Source: Amoebophrya sp. A120
Taxonomy: Eukaryota > Protista > Dinoflagellata
Assembly (NCBI GenBank): GCA_905178155.1
Contig: CAJINV010000004.1
Span: forward strand, 9,710,625-9,774,624
DNA: 64,000 bases
Direction of reading: 5' to 3'
The notes beneath the pieces are model-generated. The model saw only the letters and a program-made list of their open reading frames with translations. It was not told the origin of the DNA and ran no database searches. Positions 1 to 12,200 of this stretch are shown here, in pieces (within the stretch, counting starts at the first letter, position 1; the number at the start of each line of letters is the position of its first letter). Made by a program: the position numbers and the translations under genes.

Positions 1-600
1 ATATTTTCCAGCTCGAAATATTTCCCAGCTCGAAATATTTTCCAGCTCGAAATATTTTCCAGCTCGAAATATTTTCCAGCGGCCATTTTGCAGCTCGCAA
101 TATTTTTGCAGCTCGCAATATTTTCAAGCCCGAAAAATTTTCAAGCTCGAAATATTTTCAAGCCCGAAATATTTTTAAGCTCGGAATATTTTCCAGCTCG
201 GAGTATTTTCAAGCTCGAAATATTTTCCAGCTCGAAACATTTCCCAGCTCGAAATATTTTCCAGCTCGAAATATTTTCCAGCTCGAGCAAATATTTTCCA
301 GCTCGAACAAATATTCCCCAGCTCGAAACATTTTCCAGCTCGAGCAAATATTTTCCAGCTCGAACAAATATTCCCCAGCTCGAAACATTTTCCAGCTCGG
401 AATATTTTCCGGCTCGAAATATTTTCCGGCTCGAAATATTTGCCGGCTCGAAATATTTTCCGGCTCGAAATCTTTTCCGGCTCGAAATATTTTCCGGCTC
501 GAAATATTTCCCGGCTCGAAATATTTTCCGGCTCGAAATATTTTCCGGCTGGAAATATTTCCCAGCTCAAAAATATTTTGCAGCGCAAAATATTTTGCAG
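1..600. repeat. 17-bp tandem satellite (consensus CCAGCTCGAAATATTTT), runs off the window edge
   Basis: GCTCGAAAT recurs at 11, 28, 45, 62 and onward with 17-bp period and variants; the ORFs called here are repeat translations. Confidence 0.95.
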
Positions 601-785
601 GGTCGCTCGGATCTGCGCGGTCGCGTGGCACTTCCTTACTGAAATCCCTAAGGAAAAAAAAACTTCAGCTGATCGCGCGTCCGAGGAGAGCAACGCGATC
701 AGGCAGCCGAAGCCCGAAGGTGGCGATCGCATCCCTGCAAGTTGTACGCACGGGGATTGTCGCCTGTCCTACTGAGAAATCCTTT

Positions 786-1345
786 CCCTGGGTAGCCAGA
801 ATTGCTGTGCTAAACACAGCAACTCGGGGAAAACAACCGAAATCCTCCCTCCCCTTACCCATACCCTCCCACTATGCCAATATCCCCACACTATCCTGAT
901 ACCCTCCCAATACCCTACTCGGAAATCTTTCCCCTGGGTAGCCAGAATTGCTGTGCTAAACGCAGCAACTCGGGCAAAAGAGCAAACTTTCCCCATCCGT
1001 TGCCAGTATCCTCCAACTATCCTGAAGACACCCTCCCACTATCCTATTGGAAATCTTTCTCCTGGGTAGCCAGAATTGTTGTGCTAAACACAGCAACTCT
1101 AGAAAAACAAACATCCTCTCACTATCCTGATACCCTCCCAGTATCGTGCTGAAAACCCGATCCCCGGGTAGCCAGAAGAGCTATGCTGAGCGCGCCAATT
1201 ACAAACAAGAAACAAACTTTTGTCATTCGGTCCCAATATCCTGGCACTAGAAAGGTAGCCCCCCATTACCCCAATGCCTTGCCATTGGGCCAATGTCTTC
1301 CCCGGGTAGCCGGAATAGCTGTGCTAAACACAGCAACTCGGGGAA
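786..1345. repeat. Degenerate tandem repeat with a ~40-bp hairpin-containing core (GGGTAGCCAGAATTGCTGTGCTAAACACAGCAACTC)
   Basis: Core copies at ~786, 932, 1061, 1162 (degenerate) and 1300; the intervening DNA is also mutually similar (CCCACTATCCTGATACCCTCCC). Confidence 0.85.
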
Positions 1346-1439
1346 AAAAACCGAAAAGCCCCGCGATCCCTCCTGGAAATCCCCTTAGGCATCTCCGCCC
1401 GGGCTTCCGCCTGGATATGCCTTGAGGTGTCTTGCTTCG

Positions 1440-2460
1440 CCTGAAGTTGCAGCAACGCCCGCGCTGCAGATGCCTTCTCAAAGTGTGTCCAGCTGGATTC
1501 CCAGATAGAAATGTATGGAGCAGGCCCCTTCGCCTTCAGCTGCAAATCCAGCTGGAAACACTTTGAACAGGCCGGGTGGGAAATGCATCGAAAAGGCGTC
1601 TGCAGCTGCGTTTCCAGGTGGAAATGCGCTGCGGATGCCTTTTCCAAATGTTTCCAGCTGGATTTCCAGCTGGAAATACACTGAAAAAGCGTGTGCCGCC
1701 GTTGGGTGGGGAACGCCACCGGCGGCCAAGCACCAGGCGAGCAGCTGCCCACCACCCTCCCCCGGCGCCCTCCCTGCTCTGTTCGCGGAGGGAAAGTCGC
1801 GCCCCAGCGCCAGGCTTGCAGGCGAGCAGCTGCCCACCACCCTTCCCCGGCGCCCTCCCTCTGTTCACGAAGAGGTCGGCAGAGGGCGCCACCATCCGCC
1901 GTCTCTGTCTTGGAGGGTGCGCGCGAGGGAAGCAGGCGGGGGCGCAAGCAACAGGCTGCATGCGGGCGAACACGGGGGGCGCCGTTGTTGTTCGGGGTGC
2001 TGGGCGAGGGTGGTGGGCCCCTGCGCCTGGAGGGCAATGTATGAATGCCCCGCCCCGGCGCCCGTCCTCCATCCACGCGCGCGGCAGGGGCCCCAGCGCG
2101 CCCCCGTTCTGCAAGGCTGCGCGCGGGAGAAGGGCGGGGGGCACCAAGGCGCACAGGGGCGGGGCACACAGGCAGGCGGCACGAACGGGCCACGCCACAA
2201 ACGCGCGAACGGGGCGTCACGCGCCAACGCCTCGCATGGCGCGGCCTGTTCCCCCGTCCACTGGCGGCCGCCCGCTGCCGCGCTTTGCGTTGTTGCTTGG
2301 GCCTAAGGCTTGCCGCCAAGCAAACGCGCGCCCAGTGCGGGCGGGGCCCTCGCGCTCGCACAACGACGGGAACCACGGGCGCCATGGCGCTCCGCCTTCG
2401 TTCTTTCAGCAGGAAGCGGCGCAGATGCCTGGCCCCGCCCTGCATCAAAAATCTTTTCCC
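1440..2460. repeat. TTTCCAGCTGGAAA palindromic repeats followed by GC-rich non-coding-looking DNA with an internal ~45-bp direct repeat
   Basis: CAGCTG/TTTCCAG-CTGGAAA cluster 1490-1680; GGCGAGCAGCTGCCCACCACCCT..CCCGGCGCCCTCCCT at ~1736 and ~1821. Confidence 0.55.
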
Positions 2461-2770
2461 TTGCCCCTCTGGCGTTTTTCTTTCCCCCCCGTCCACTCGT
2501 TCACCCTCCCACTGCGCGACATAAGTTGTTTCCTTGTAACTATAGTTTTTTTTACCCTTGATCCGGTTATCTTGCATTTTTGCGAACTCCAAATCAGAAT
2601 CGCATCCACATGTTATTCTGTGTCGCTCTTCCTCTGCGTCGATAATTGGAATTTTCTATATTTCCGCTCCTGCATGTGCATGAGCATGCTGATGCACGAG
2701 CGCCGGCACTCGATACATAGTAATGAATTGTGTTTGTGTATGGACGATGACAATTTTCGCTATAACCCAG

Positions 2771-5700
2771 GCCCGGATCCAGCAGCTGAAGGACGGTGGG
2801 GCTACACTGAAGGGTGCGAACACGGTATCACATTGAAAAATCCCCCTCCCCATACCAAAAGGAAGTTTCTGATGCTGGATTTGCGTGTGCAAATCACGTT
2901 TGTCTTGCTGTAGAGGACTGCAAGCGTCTGCCGAGCCTGAGTAGAGAGGTAGTTGTGGCCTAGGCGCTTAGCATGAGGAACGTCTATGCTGTAGGCCCAA
3001 CAGCATCACAAACTGCCTGCATAATGCGGCAGAGCCTGTGGAGTTGTCTTCTTGCAAGACAGACGTGATTTGTGGTCTCAAATTAGCAAGACAAATTTTC
3101 GGAAACATACCTTTTCGATATGTTGGGGAGGGGGGATTTTTCCTCTCAATATACGGAAGAATTCTACTCCGCTGCGGGCTCCTCCGAAGCTGGGGTTCCC
3201 AAAAAAACGCTCGACACCACCAGTCTCGATGCGTCCTATGGCGTTCTCAAACGTTACATTCTCAACTGTTACATGAATTTGTGACGCAAGGGCCGCAACA
3301 GTGAAAGGGGCAAGCTTGCAACTCTCGCATCACAAATCCGGCACAGATTTAGATGCTGTTTAGCCCTTCGGGGATTTGTCATGCGAGGCGGCTTGATTGT
3401 CTGGTGGCTCATAGTAGTTTTGCATGACACATTCATGTAACAGTTGAAAATGTAACGTTTGAGAACGCCATACGTCCCTCGACCGGGTTCGTGCGTTAAT
3501 TGACGCGGCCAAGCAGCGCATGGAGAAAAATTTACCGACGATTTTCCCCGAACTGCTGGCTGGGCAGCAAAAAAACACAACATCAACTGGAACACAACCA
3601 CAGCACTACCACCACGAGGCGGAGATGCTGGCGCACACGTTGGACGCGCTCCTGCAAAACGCGGCCCTTCTCAAGCAGGCCCTCATCGAGTTTAAAGACT
3701 ACCGAGTCCGGATCGGCTCCGTCATGTCCGAAGGGGCGAACTCAGACGCATATGAAATGCAAAAACATCGTGCTAGTAAAAATCGCTTGACAAATTTCCT
3801 CAGCATGAGAAATAGAATTTGTAATGCGGATTTACCTTGAGAACAGAATTTGTAATGCATGACTGCGATTAGTACGAGTATGATACTTTTGCAATGCATA
3901 ACGCACAGCGGATCGCAATCCACACGAAGATCGGCGAGGCGAACTTGCGGGAGCTGGAGCAGTGGATCGAACAGAATTTGTACATTTCAACACATTCAAC
4001 GACGAGGACCTCTGGAACTGGAACTACTACAGCCAAGGACATGACTATGAGAGATGGAAAGAACAACCTCCTGAACAACCGCATGAGCATGGCCTCCGCG
4101 ACTTCGAAAGCTAGTGGTCGGAACTCACAAGTAGATCAAAACGCGACTTTCACAGACAAGTTGCGGGAGAAAGCCGATCGGGAGGCGCAAAGGCTGCACG
4201 AGTGGCGGTTTATGCATTGCAAATATGTCTGGGTCTGGTTCTGGAACGCTGGAACATGGCATGCTATTTCTGGATACTGCAAAAATCTGTGTTGCATGAT
4301 TACCAAAAGCTGTCCACTTTTGACCAAGTTGAGAGGCAGTTTCTCATGCAGGTGAGGCATGACCATAGAGGTCGTGCAGAATCTCTCATGCTCGGCCATG
4401 CATGACAGACCTCATGGTGCGTCATGGAACACCTGCATTACAAGTCTCGCAGCCTTCCAGACCCTGACATATTTGCATTTGATACGGCTGAAGGAAGCGC
4501 AGTTTCTCGTTTCCGAGCAAAAGGAGGTTTTGGCCGACCATGAGCGGGTTCGAACAGTTTTGAAGACCCGGTTTGACAAATTCGAGAACCGGGTTGCGGA
4601 GTGGCGGAGGAGACAACTGGCCGAGAATTTTGACCCGACATTCGGTTCCTCGGAGCAAGAAACTTCCGCTCGTCGCAAAAACGGACAACTCTCGTCCTCT
4701 TTGATCGCAAAACCGGAGGGCGAACAGGAGTTCATCCAAGGTCTGACCACTGATTCGACCCAACTGCCCCGAGGCTCCTCCGCCTCTTCTTCCGCAACCT
4801 CCCTCTCCAGTCCCCGGCAAGCGCAGGCGATGGCGCGACGTTCGGTGGGTGGTGGGGGGAAAAACGTGATTAGCCGCGCGCTCGCACGGTCCGCCTCGCG
4901 TGAAAAAATCCGGCAACGCCAGCATATGAACTGCAAAAGTATCTTACTAGTAGTAATTGCAATACAAATTAGCTGAGCATGACAAATGGAATTTGTCATG
5001 CTGTTTTACCTTGGGATCGAGATTTGTAATGCATGATTGCGATTACAACTACGAGTGCGATACTTTTGCACAGGATACAGCACGACCGGACGCAACGGCA
5101 GGTGCCGAGGAACTTCGCGACGCCGGGGGAGTTGTTATCGGAAGCAGCGTATCAACCGCAAAAATGTCTGGGTCTGGAAGATTGCAACTTGTCATGCTGT
5201 TTTTGGACTCTAAAAAAATTTGTATTGCATGACCAGCAAGAGGGGCGCAGTTTTGCTACACGGACGGGCCATTTCTCATGCGGAAGGTGCATCAGGAAGC
5301 CCTCTAAATGTCTACGATGCTAGGCCAAGCATTACAGGCATCACGGGTCATGAGAAATATGCATGACAGATCTTGCGTTCTTCCAGACCCAGAGATTTTT
5401 GCATTTGATACAGCGGACTCGGTCGCGGGCCTGGACATGTACTCCGCAACGTCGCAACAAGGAGGAGGAGGCTCTTGCGAAATCAACAATGTGCAACAAC
5501 AAGAAGTTGTAGGAGATGGAGATGAAGAACTACAGGAGGGTGTGGGGTTACTGGAGCAAGTCAGACTCGTGTCCGGTGCTGTTGATATACACGAACAACA
5601 ACAAAAGCAGCTGCAAAATAACATCAACATCACAAACAATTTGCTGCAAATGGACCCCCACGCGGCGGATGTTGATCCAATGATTCAGACGTTCGAAGAG

Positions 5701-5874
5701 GAGTATGACAACGACCGGAGCAGCCTCGCCAGTAGAGATATCCTTCTCTTCGACGGCAGCCAGGCGGATTCCAGTCCCAGGGGCGATGGGGAGAACGTCA
5801 TTGTGCATCAGAATGATCCTTTTTCCCCGGATGAAACGGAAATAAATGGGCTCTCGTCGAGTGGGGCAACTTAA
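2771..5874 (+). CDS. Hypothetical coiled-coil/low-complexity protein, 5' end unresolved (557 aa visible), 6 introners
   Basis: From a CAG acceptor at 2770, removing six elements plus one DR each gives a continuous frame (ARIQQLKDG..TEEFYS..DRVRALIDAAKQRMEK..SDAQRIA..HEWRLKEA..EAADSVA..GAT*). Confidence 0.75.
2826..3151. mobile_element. Introner family A (TIR core GAAAAATCCCCCTCCCCATA)
   Basis: TAT..ATA; DR CACGG/TACGG. Confidence 0.88.
3237..3472. mobile_element. Introner family B (TIR TATGGCGTTCTCAAACGTTACATTCTCAACTGTT)
   Basis: ~40-bp TIR; DR CGTCC. Confidence 0.92.
3751..3900. mobile_element. Introner family C (~150 bp; TIR TATnnnnTGCAAAAGTATCGTACT)
   Basis: DR ACGCA; frame restored. 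Confidence 0.9.
4211..4484. mobile_element. Introner family D (TIR TATCAAATGCAAAAATGTCTGGGTCTGGAA)
   Basis: DR CGGTT/CGGCT. Confidence 0.88.
4925..5077. mobile_element. Introner family C
   Basis: DR CAGCA. Confidence 0.9.
5150..5410. mobile_element. Introner family D
   Basis: DR CAGCG. Confidence 0.9.
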
Positions 5875-6740
5875 GTAGATCGTGGTGCTCAACAACGTAT
5901 TCGATCTCAGCCACGACAAGAATTAATTGTGCTTGCAGCTGCTGAAAAAAGCCAGAGCCTGGCACGAGTAGCAATCCATGATTTTGATTTGATTCCTTGC
6001 GGACCTAGTATCATGTAAAGCAAAAGAACCTCTTCAAGAGCATATGATTTCGTAGCATTCCAAATTGAAAGTACGAAAAATCTGATGTCCTCGTCTACGT
6101 GAAAATTTGTTATGATAATTTCCTCGGTGAAAACTAGCAGTACTAGTCGAGATGTAAACGAAGTTTCTTCTCCTGTTACCTGTCGTGTTGTCAACACAAA
6201 GTGAAAGTATGATTGTTCACCCGTATAGGTAAAAAATCGTCGTCTCAAATTGAAAAATATGTGAATGAAGACGAAACAAAATTCCAGTTTTTGTGTGATT
6301 GTGAGTGTCAATATCCCGTGTTCTGCGTTGGACCAACAGGAATCGTCGTCAAAAAGAGCATTACCAAGCGTGTCTCGGGTGGGGTCGGGTCAAGGTCATT
6401 CTTCGCAAAAAGGAAAGATCTCTTCACGAAGCCGCAAGGTATTTCCGATGTGTGTTTTTTTGCAAAACAGGAGCGCAGGCTGGCAGCTCTGCCTCTCTGA
6501 TCAAAACTTATGTCGTGTCTTCGATTCGGTTTTGCTTCCCGGACTGCTGGTGTTGAGTCTAACCCTGTGCTGTCGAATTAGAACGAACAAGTGTAAGTTG
6601 TCCGCACAGATACATAAGTAGAAGAATCAAGTCGTGCGACCTCTTCGTCCAAGGTTTCAACCAGAAACTAATTTTTCACGAGAGACCTCTTCTGACAAGG
6701 AGAAGGAAGAGGAACTGCATCATATAAATAAATTTCCACC

Positions 6741-8146
6741 ATGCTCGCGAGCGCAACGAAGACGTTTTCCGAGCAGTCGGAAGGTCGGACGAGCAACGCC
6801 GTGACAACCAATACGGCGCTCCTCAACGGGGCAGGTCAACTACCCCAGGCGGCAGTCCCGCCCTTTCCAGCAGCTTCCGGTAGTAGTTCCTCCGCTAATA
6901 TTCCACATGTAGCACAGCCAATTCCAACGTCCTCCCAGCAATACCATCAGTCAATCGGCGCCGGCGCACCAGGAGTTTCTCCCCCTTCTGTTGTTGACCC
7001 TGCGCAGCTCTGCCTCCCGAACCCTCGGTCCTCGCAAACTGGGTTGCAGCTCCAGCAATTAGATGGGTATGAGGCAGCTGCGAGCTCTGGCGGCGGACCG
7101 CCGAACTACGCGATACAGCAGCGACAAAACGAAACGGAACACCGAGTGGGCAGGTTGCAGGATATGATGATGTGTTTGGCGAAAAGGGTTGACGACACGC
7201 AGCATCAAGTGATCGCACAGCAACAGGTATGATAGAGTTTCAGTGTGACTTTGCTATTTCTCTTGCAGCTGCTTCATCTGTTTGTGTTTCCACCGTCTGC
7301 AACTGCATGACAAAGTGCGTATACATTTTTCCTGCTGTTTGTTGGATGAAGAAAATGTCTTTCTATATCTTTCCAGTACTATATCCACTCTCACAGGCCA
7401 GCGCCGCGCAACGCCAGCAGCCGATCATCATTCAAAACCTATGAACTGCAAAAGTATCCTACTCGTATAAATACATTACAAATTTCCTCAGCATGAGAGA
7501 GAAAATTTGTAATGCGGACTTCGCTTAAGATAAAGATTTGTAATGCAAGGCTTGCATTTATACGAATGCGAGACTTTTGCACAGGATAAAACCACGCGTC
7601 GAGCAACGTGGAAAACACCGCGCCACCACCGTATGACAGTGCACAACTTCCCTTCCCCCTCATTTGTGTTGCATGAACAGCAACACAAGCGCTGGCAAAG
7701 ATGCAGCTTTTGCATGACAGATTCCTAGAGGGTTATAGTGCTGTTTGGGATTCAGGAATCTGTCATGCAAACAGTGCTAGCAGGCAAAGGGGATCCTTGA
7801 CCTGTGGCGCTGGGAGCGGGTGTCCACTACATGATGATGATGATGATGATTTGCAATTTTGCATGACAAATGGGGGGGAGGGGGAGTTGCGCACTCTCAT
7901 ACACCGCAACCGCAGAACAGTAGTTTGTTCCACAGCGGGCTGCTCGAGACCTTCCTGGTCGATCTCCGCTCCTGGTGGCGATCTCCGCTCAATAAGTTCT
8001 GCGTCTATTGCGGAATGGGGCTCGGCTTGTATCTGTGGCAGCAGCGGTTGCAGCACAGCTGGCGGTTGAGTGAAATACAGCGGAGAATCGACGCAAATAT
8101 CGTGTTAAAAGTGTCACAGTGGTTAAGCCGACACGTGGAAATGTAG
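6741..8146 (+). CDS. Hypothetical protein (~268 aa) with a C-terminal hydrophobic segment; 1 GT-AG intron (7227-7396) and 2 introners
   Basis: CACC-ATG at 6741; the spliced frame is open to TAG at 8146. Confidence 0.75.
7440..7588. mobile_element. Introner family C
   Basis: DR AAACC. Confidence 0.9.
7632..7901. mobile_element. Introner family E (singleton; TIR TATGACAGTGCACAACTTCCC)
   Basis: DR CACCG; internal GAT microsatellite. Confidence 0.88.
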
Positions 8147-9255
8147 TTGTGAGAGGGAACTGATTTTCAAGCATCAAAAGCCAGCACTCGTTGGTGTTGA
8201 TGGCTCCGCATGTTGCATCTTTAAGAACATCACCCTTCGAAAATGCACAGCTTCTTGTTTGCAGAAATAAAAAATGTCACGCGACTTCTACATGAAGGTT
8301 TTTACCGAGGTTGTTACGTTGCTCTCCACTGATAAATTCCCCACTTTGTCGTGCCTGTTCGGTTGCGACCAGTCTCGAGCAGATGACCTCTCCTGTCATC
8401 TCTTAAACACGACGCGTGTTCACTGCAAAATAAAACCTACAGAGGTAGGCGTATCAAGTTGAGCCATCTACTTCTACTACTTCAACATCTACGTGCAAGT
8501 GCAAGAACCAAGAATTGCAATTGTACTGGACTTATTTTTGTTGTGAAGACTGTGGTACGTGAAACAGTCTCCTGTTGTGAAGGAGATTTGAACATCGAGA
8601 GATGATGGTGGTATGTCTGTGAATAGCCTGAGAAGTTTTCTTGTAAATTTGATGTACACAAAGATGGTCATACTCATATACGGCCAGCACTTCGGCCTGG
8701 AGAAAAAGCGAAAGTGCAAGATGAACGTGACGAGCTTTACTTTAGTAGAAGATAGCGTAATCGTTGTTGTTGTTCCTCGTTGCTCCTCCTCCTTCTTGTT
8801 TCCGAAATGAAGTAGCGGCTGCTCACGCTTGGCGGGATTTCGCCAGCACCGCCACGGTTCTTGCTAGCACCCCTGCAAGGACCTTCTCGCCGTCAAGATG
8901 GAGGCGCAGCGCGCGGAACAGATCCGCTTGCACGGGGAAGCGCTATCCGACTGCTTCACGCGCGTCCACCGGTTCGTCCGCGATGTAAAAAAGATCGATC
9001 CCGAGAAACAAAGCTTTAAACGACGGTAGGCTTTTGATACGCCGGCGCAATTTGTCTTCACGCTAGATGTACATGCTCCTACCTGCTATTGGTTTCGATT
9101 GATTGTTTTGCCAGATATTAGCTGCATATCACGACTTTATATACGAGTTTCATCCAAAAAAGTAAAAGACCCAACTCAAAAAATACACAAACAGCATTGC
9201 GGAAAACTCCCTTTTAGACGGTGTTGGCCAGCTCGTCCGACAGCTGGAGCTTGCG

Positions 9256-12200
9256 GTGCAGGGGTTGAAGCAAGAGCAGCTTCACCAGTGCTTCGCGATC
9301 GAGACGACAGAAACTAGTAGTGCCTCTACTTCAAGCAGCAGTGCAGTTAGCACCACCACGCCACCGACGAGGACTCCGCCGACGTTGTTGTCGCACCTGG
9401 TGAATTTAAACACAGAGCTGCAGTCCTGCAAGACGGAGGAGAACCGGCAAGACGCGAGATGGACGAAGTTGGAGAAAATTTTCGGGGCCTGCCATCACGT
9501 CGTCTCTACCTTCGATCCGGAGCGGCGTGCGGGAAACAAAACGCCCAGATGGATGGCAGCGGCGCGGGAAAAAGCGGCAGGCGGCTTCATCACTTCTGGT
9601 GGGTTGGAGGGAAGTCCAGGCACCATGGGTGCTGGAGCTCTGGGTGGTCGGAACAAGAGGCTCTGGGGCGCCGGGTGGCAAGGCGGGCAGAAGTCCCCCA
9701 GAGGAAATAACACTTCGGCTGCATCAGGTTCTTCATCCGGCGCAGCATATCACCAAAATCACAAAACCTTCAAATACCGAAGACGTCACACCGGCGCGGA
9801 TAGAATTCTCCGCGACAACCACTCTGCGCCGACAGCTTTTGGCACAACTTCGTGGCAGGCAAGATCTGGAGGTGTCGTGTTTGGCCGGGGAGGCGGAGGA
9901 GCGGCCTCCAATGGAATTATTACAGGCAGAGGAGAACATCAGACCACGTCCCGCTCCGACCTCCCGATCGAAGTTCGGAATTACCAGTTAGCCGCCGCGA
10001 AGCGTGCCTTCGCGACCTCGCAGCGACGCTGGATCGATGCCTGGCTGAAGCCGTTTGGGCAGAACAGACCCGTCTCCCAGCACGTGCAGGTGCTGCTGTT
10101 TCCGGTGTTGCCTACTTCGAGTGGTTGTTCATTGCTCTTCTTTTTGCACAAGATAGCATTGGACGAAAAATTCGACGCTGTTGTCCAACACCAGAGTGCC
10201 GGTGGCACGACGACCAGCAGCAGTACAACAACTGCTAAAACAAAAACGACAAATGCGGAGAAACTAGAATATCTCGCCAACATCAACTTTTTGTCCCGGA
10301 GCCTCGGAGAAGCGAGTTTGACCACGATTGCGGACCGACAGGTCGCGGCGGATAAAGCTGCGAATGGTCGTGGGTGTGATGTGATCGAGTCGGCGATGCG
10401 GCTGTTGAAGAAACAAAAAAAGCAGATTTTAGAACTGGAGCTGCGCTCGACTGGTTGTGGTGGGGGGTCTTCAACACAAGCTTCTTCTTCTTCCGCATCC
10501 CCGTCCATCTCGGGCAAAAATTACAAATTTGAAGATGATTTTGAGCAAGACCACGACCTAGACGATACCACGTCGAATATAATTACCGACAGAAAAATTT
10601 CCGACCGCGTGGTCGCACTGCAAGAAGAGATCCACTACTACAACCTTTTCGTCCTCAACTTCGTGCGAGAACACGTCCGGGAGCTGGAGGCGGCGGTTGC
10701 GGAAGCTCTGGCCACCGAGGTAACAAAGATTGCTGTGAGGGAACAGGACAATGCGGCGATGCAGGAAATAACCGACTTGCGCGAACAGTACGAACAGGTG
10801 TTAAAAGAAGCCGCGACGTCTACTGGCGTCCTCGAGAACACTGCGGAAAAGCGCGCGGATGTCATCGCACACCTCTATGAGTTCGCGCTGGAGGAGGGTG
10901 TTTCGTGTTGCGCTGAGCAGGCTGAAGAGATCGAGGTCGTCGCGGTTGGGGGCGCGGAGGACGAGACGAGTGAACAAGCTGCATCGGTTCCTGTGGTCAC
11001 TGGAAATAGAGAACCAGACTCCGAACAAACTACTGCCGCCACGACGAAGAGTCTTTGCAGCGTTCTCGAATCCTGGCTCTCCTCCACTACTACCGCAAAT
11101 TCTACTGCGGAATCCGTGCGGCTACGGCGCGAGCTCCAGTTCTTCGCTGATAACAACAATAACGATAAGACCGCTACCGCTTCGAAGATCACAACCCCCG
11201 CGCTTCTCTTTTTTATCTACGACATCACAAGAGAAGGGCCGGCAGAGGCGGACGTGGGATCCGTTTTAGCGGAACTATTCGAGGAGTGTCTGCAGCTCCG
11301 AGACAAGGTGTCGAAGTGCAACGATGCGGGGGAGTGGCTGCAGAATTCGGAGAAATCTTTCCTGCAGTGCGTCGAGAAGGACATACTCGGGGGGAGGAGA
11401 GAGAACTGGGCGCAGTGCAAGACCAGTTTGTTCCCCCACAATGTTGAGACCAGCAAAGCGCAGGCTGCAGCAGAAACGACCGCGACTAAAGGTTGTACCT
11501 CCGGGATGAACAGTGCTCGGAAAGTGTGGCTTTCCCGGGACGCGCGCGCGTTTTTGTCCTCACTTTCGCACGCGGAGAAGTCCTATCCTGTGCAAAAGTA
11601 TCGTACTCGTAGTAATCGCAGTCATGCATTACAAATCTCCATCCCAAGGCAAAACAGCATGATAAACTCCCTTTGTCGTGCTGAGCTAATTTGTATTGCA
11701 ATTACTACTAGTACGATACTTTTGCAGTTCATAAGTCCAGTTTGTTCGACCGCGTTTGTGAGTTCAACGAGGGCATGGCACGGTATGGCGTTCTCAAACG
11801 TTACATTCTCAACTGTTACATGAGTTTGTAATGCAAGACTAGCACAGGTGAGAGGGAGAACCTTGCGCGCCTTGCATTACAGGTTTGATCCGTATTACAG
11901 TGCTATTTAGCCTTCCGAGAATTTGTCATGCGAAGCAGCTTGATCGTCTGGCGGGTCATGGTCATTTTGCATGACAAATCATGTAGCAGTTGAGAATGTA
12001 ACGTTTGGGAACCCCATACACGGACAATCCAGAGGAAAGAAGTGGAGCATTACCAGCAACGGGAGCTGCGCACGAACGTGAAGGCGCTGATCGCGGAAAA
12101 TGAGAAATTGCGGGGGAAGTTGCGGACCGAGTTGGTCGCCGCGGGCCAGAAGATTGTCGGGAAAATAAACGAGAGTGGTTCTGCTTCGTTGGCAACATCT

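Noticed and set aside
80-100. Partial dinoflagellate spliced-leader match (GCCATTTTG); also TCCGTAG at ~33922
   Set aside because: Only 7-9 nt match; no full 22-nt leader
88-775. Overlapping ORFs on both strands
   Set aside because: Translations of the 17-bp satellite
786-1345. CRISPR-like array of hairpin repeats
   Set aside because: Spacers are long and similar to each other, repeats are degenerate, there are no cas genes and the context is eukaryotic
1324-2913. Long ORFs (422 and 445 aa) as a candidate transposase
   Set aside because: Stop-poor GC-rich DNA giving Arg/Pro/Ala-rich text with no recognisable DDE or other domain
8898-9217. Simple GT-AG intron joining the 8898 ATG exon to the 9256 ORF
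   Set aside because: The obvious donor and acceptor are out of phase; the 5' structure is left unresolved
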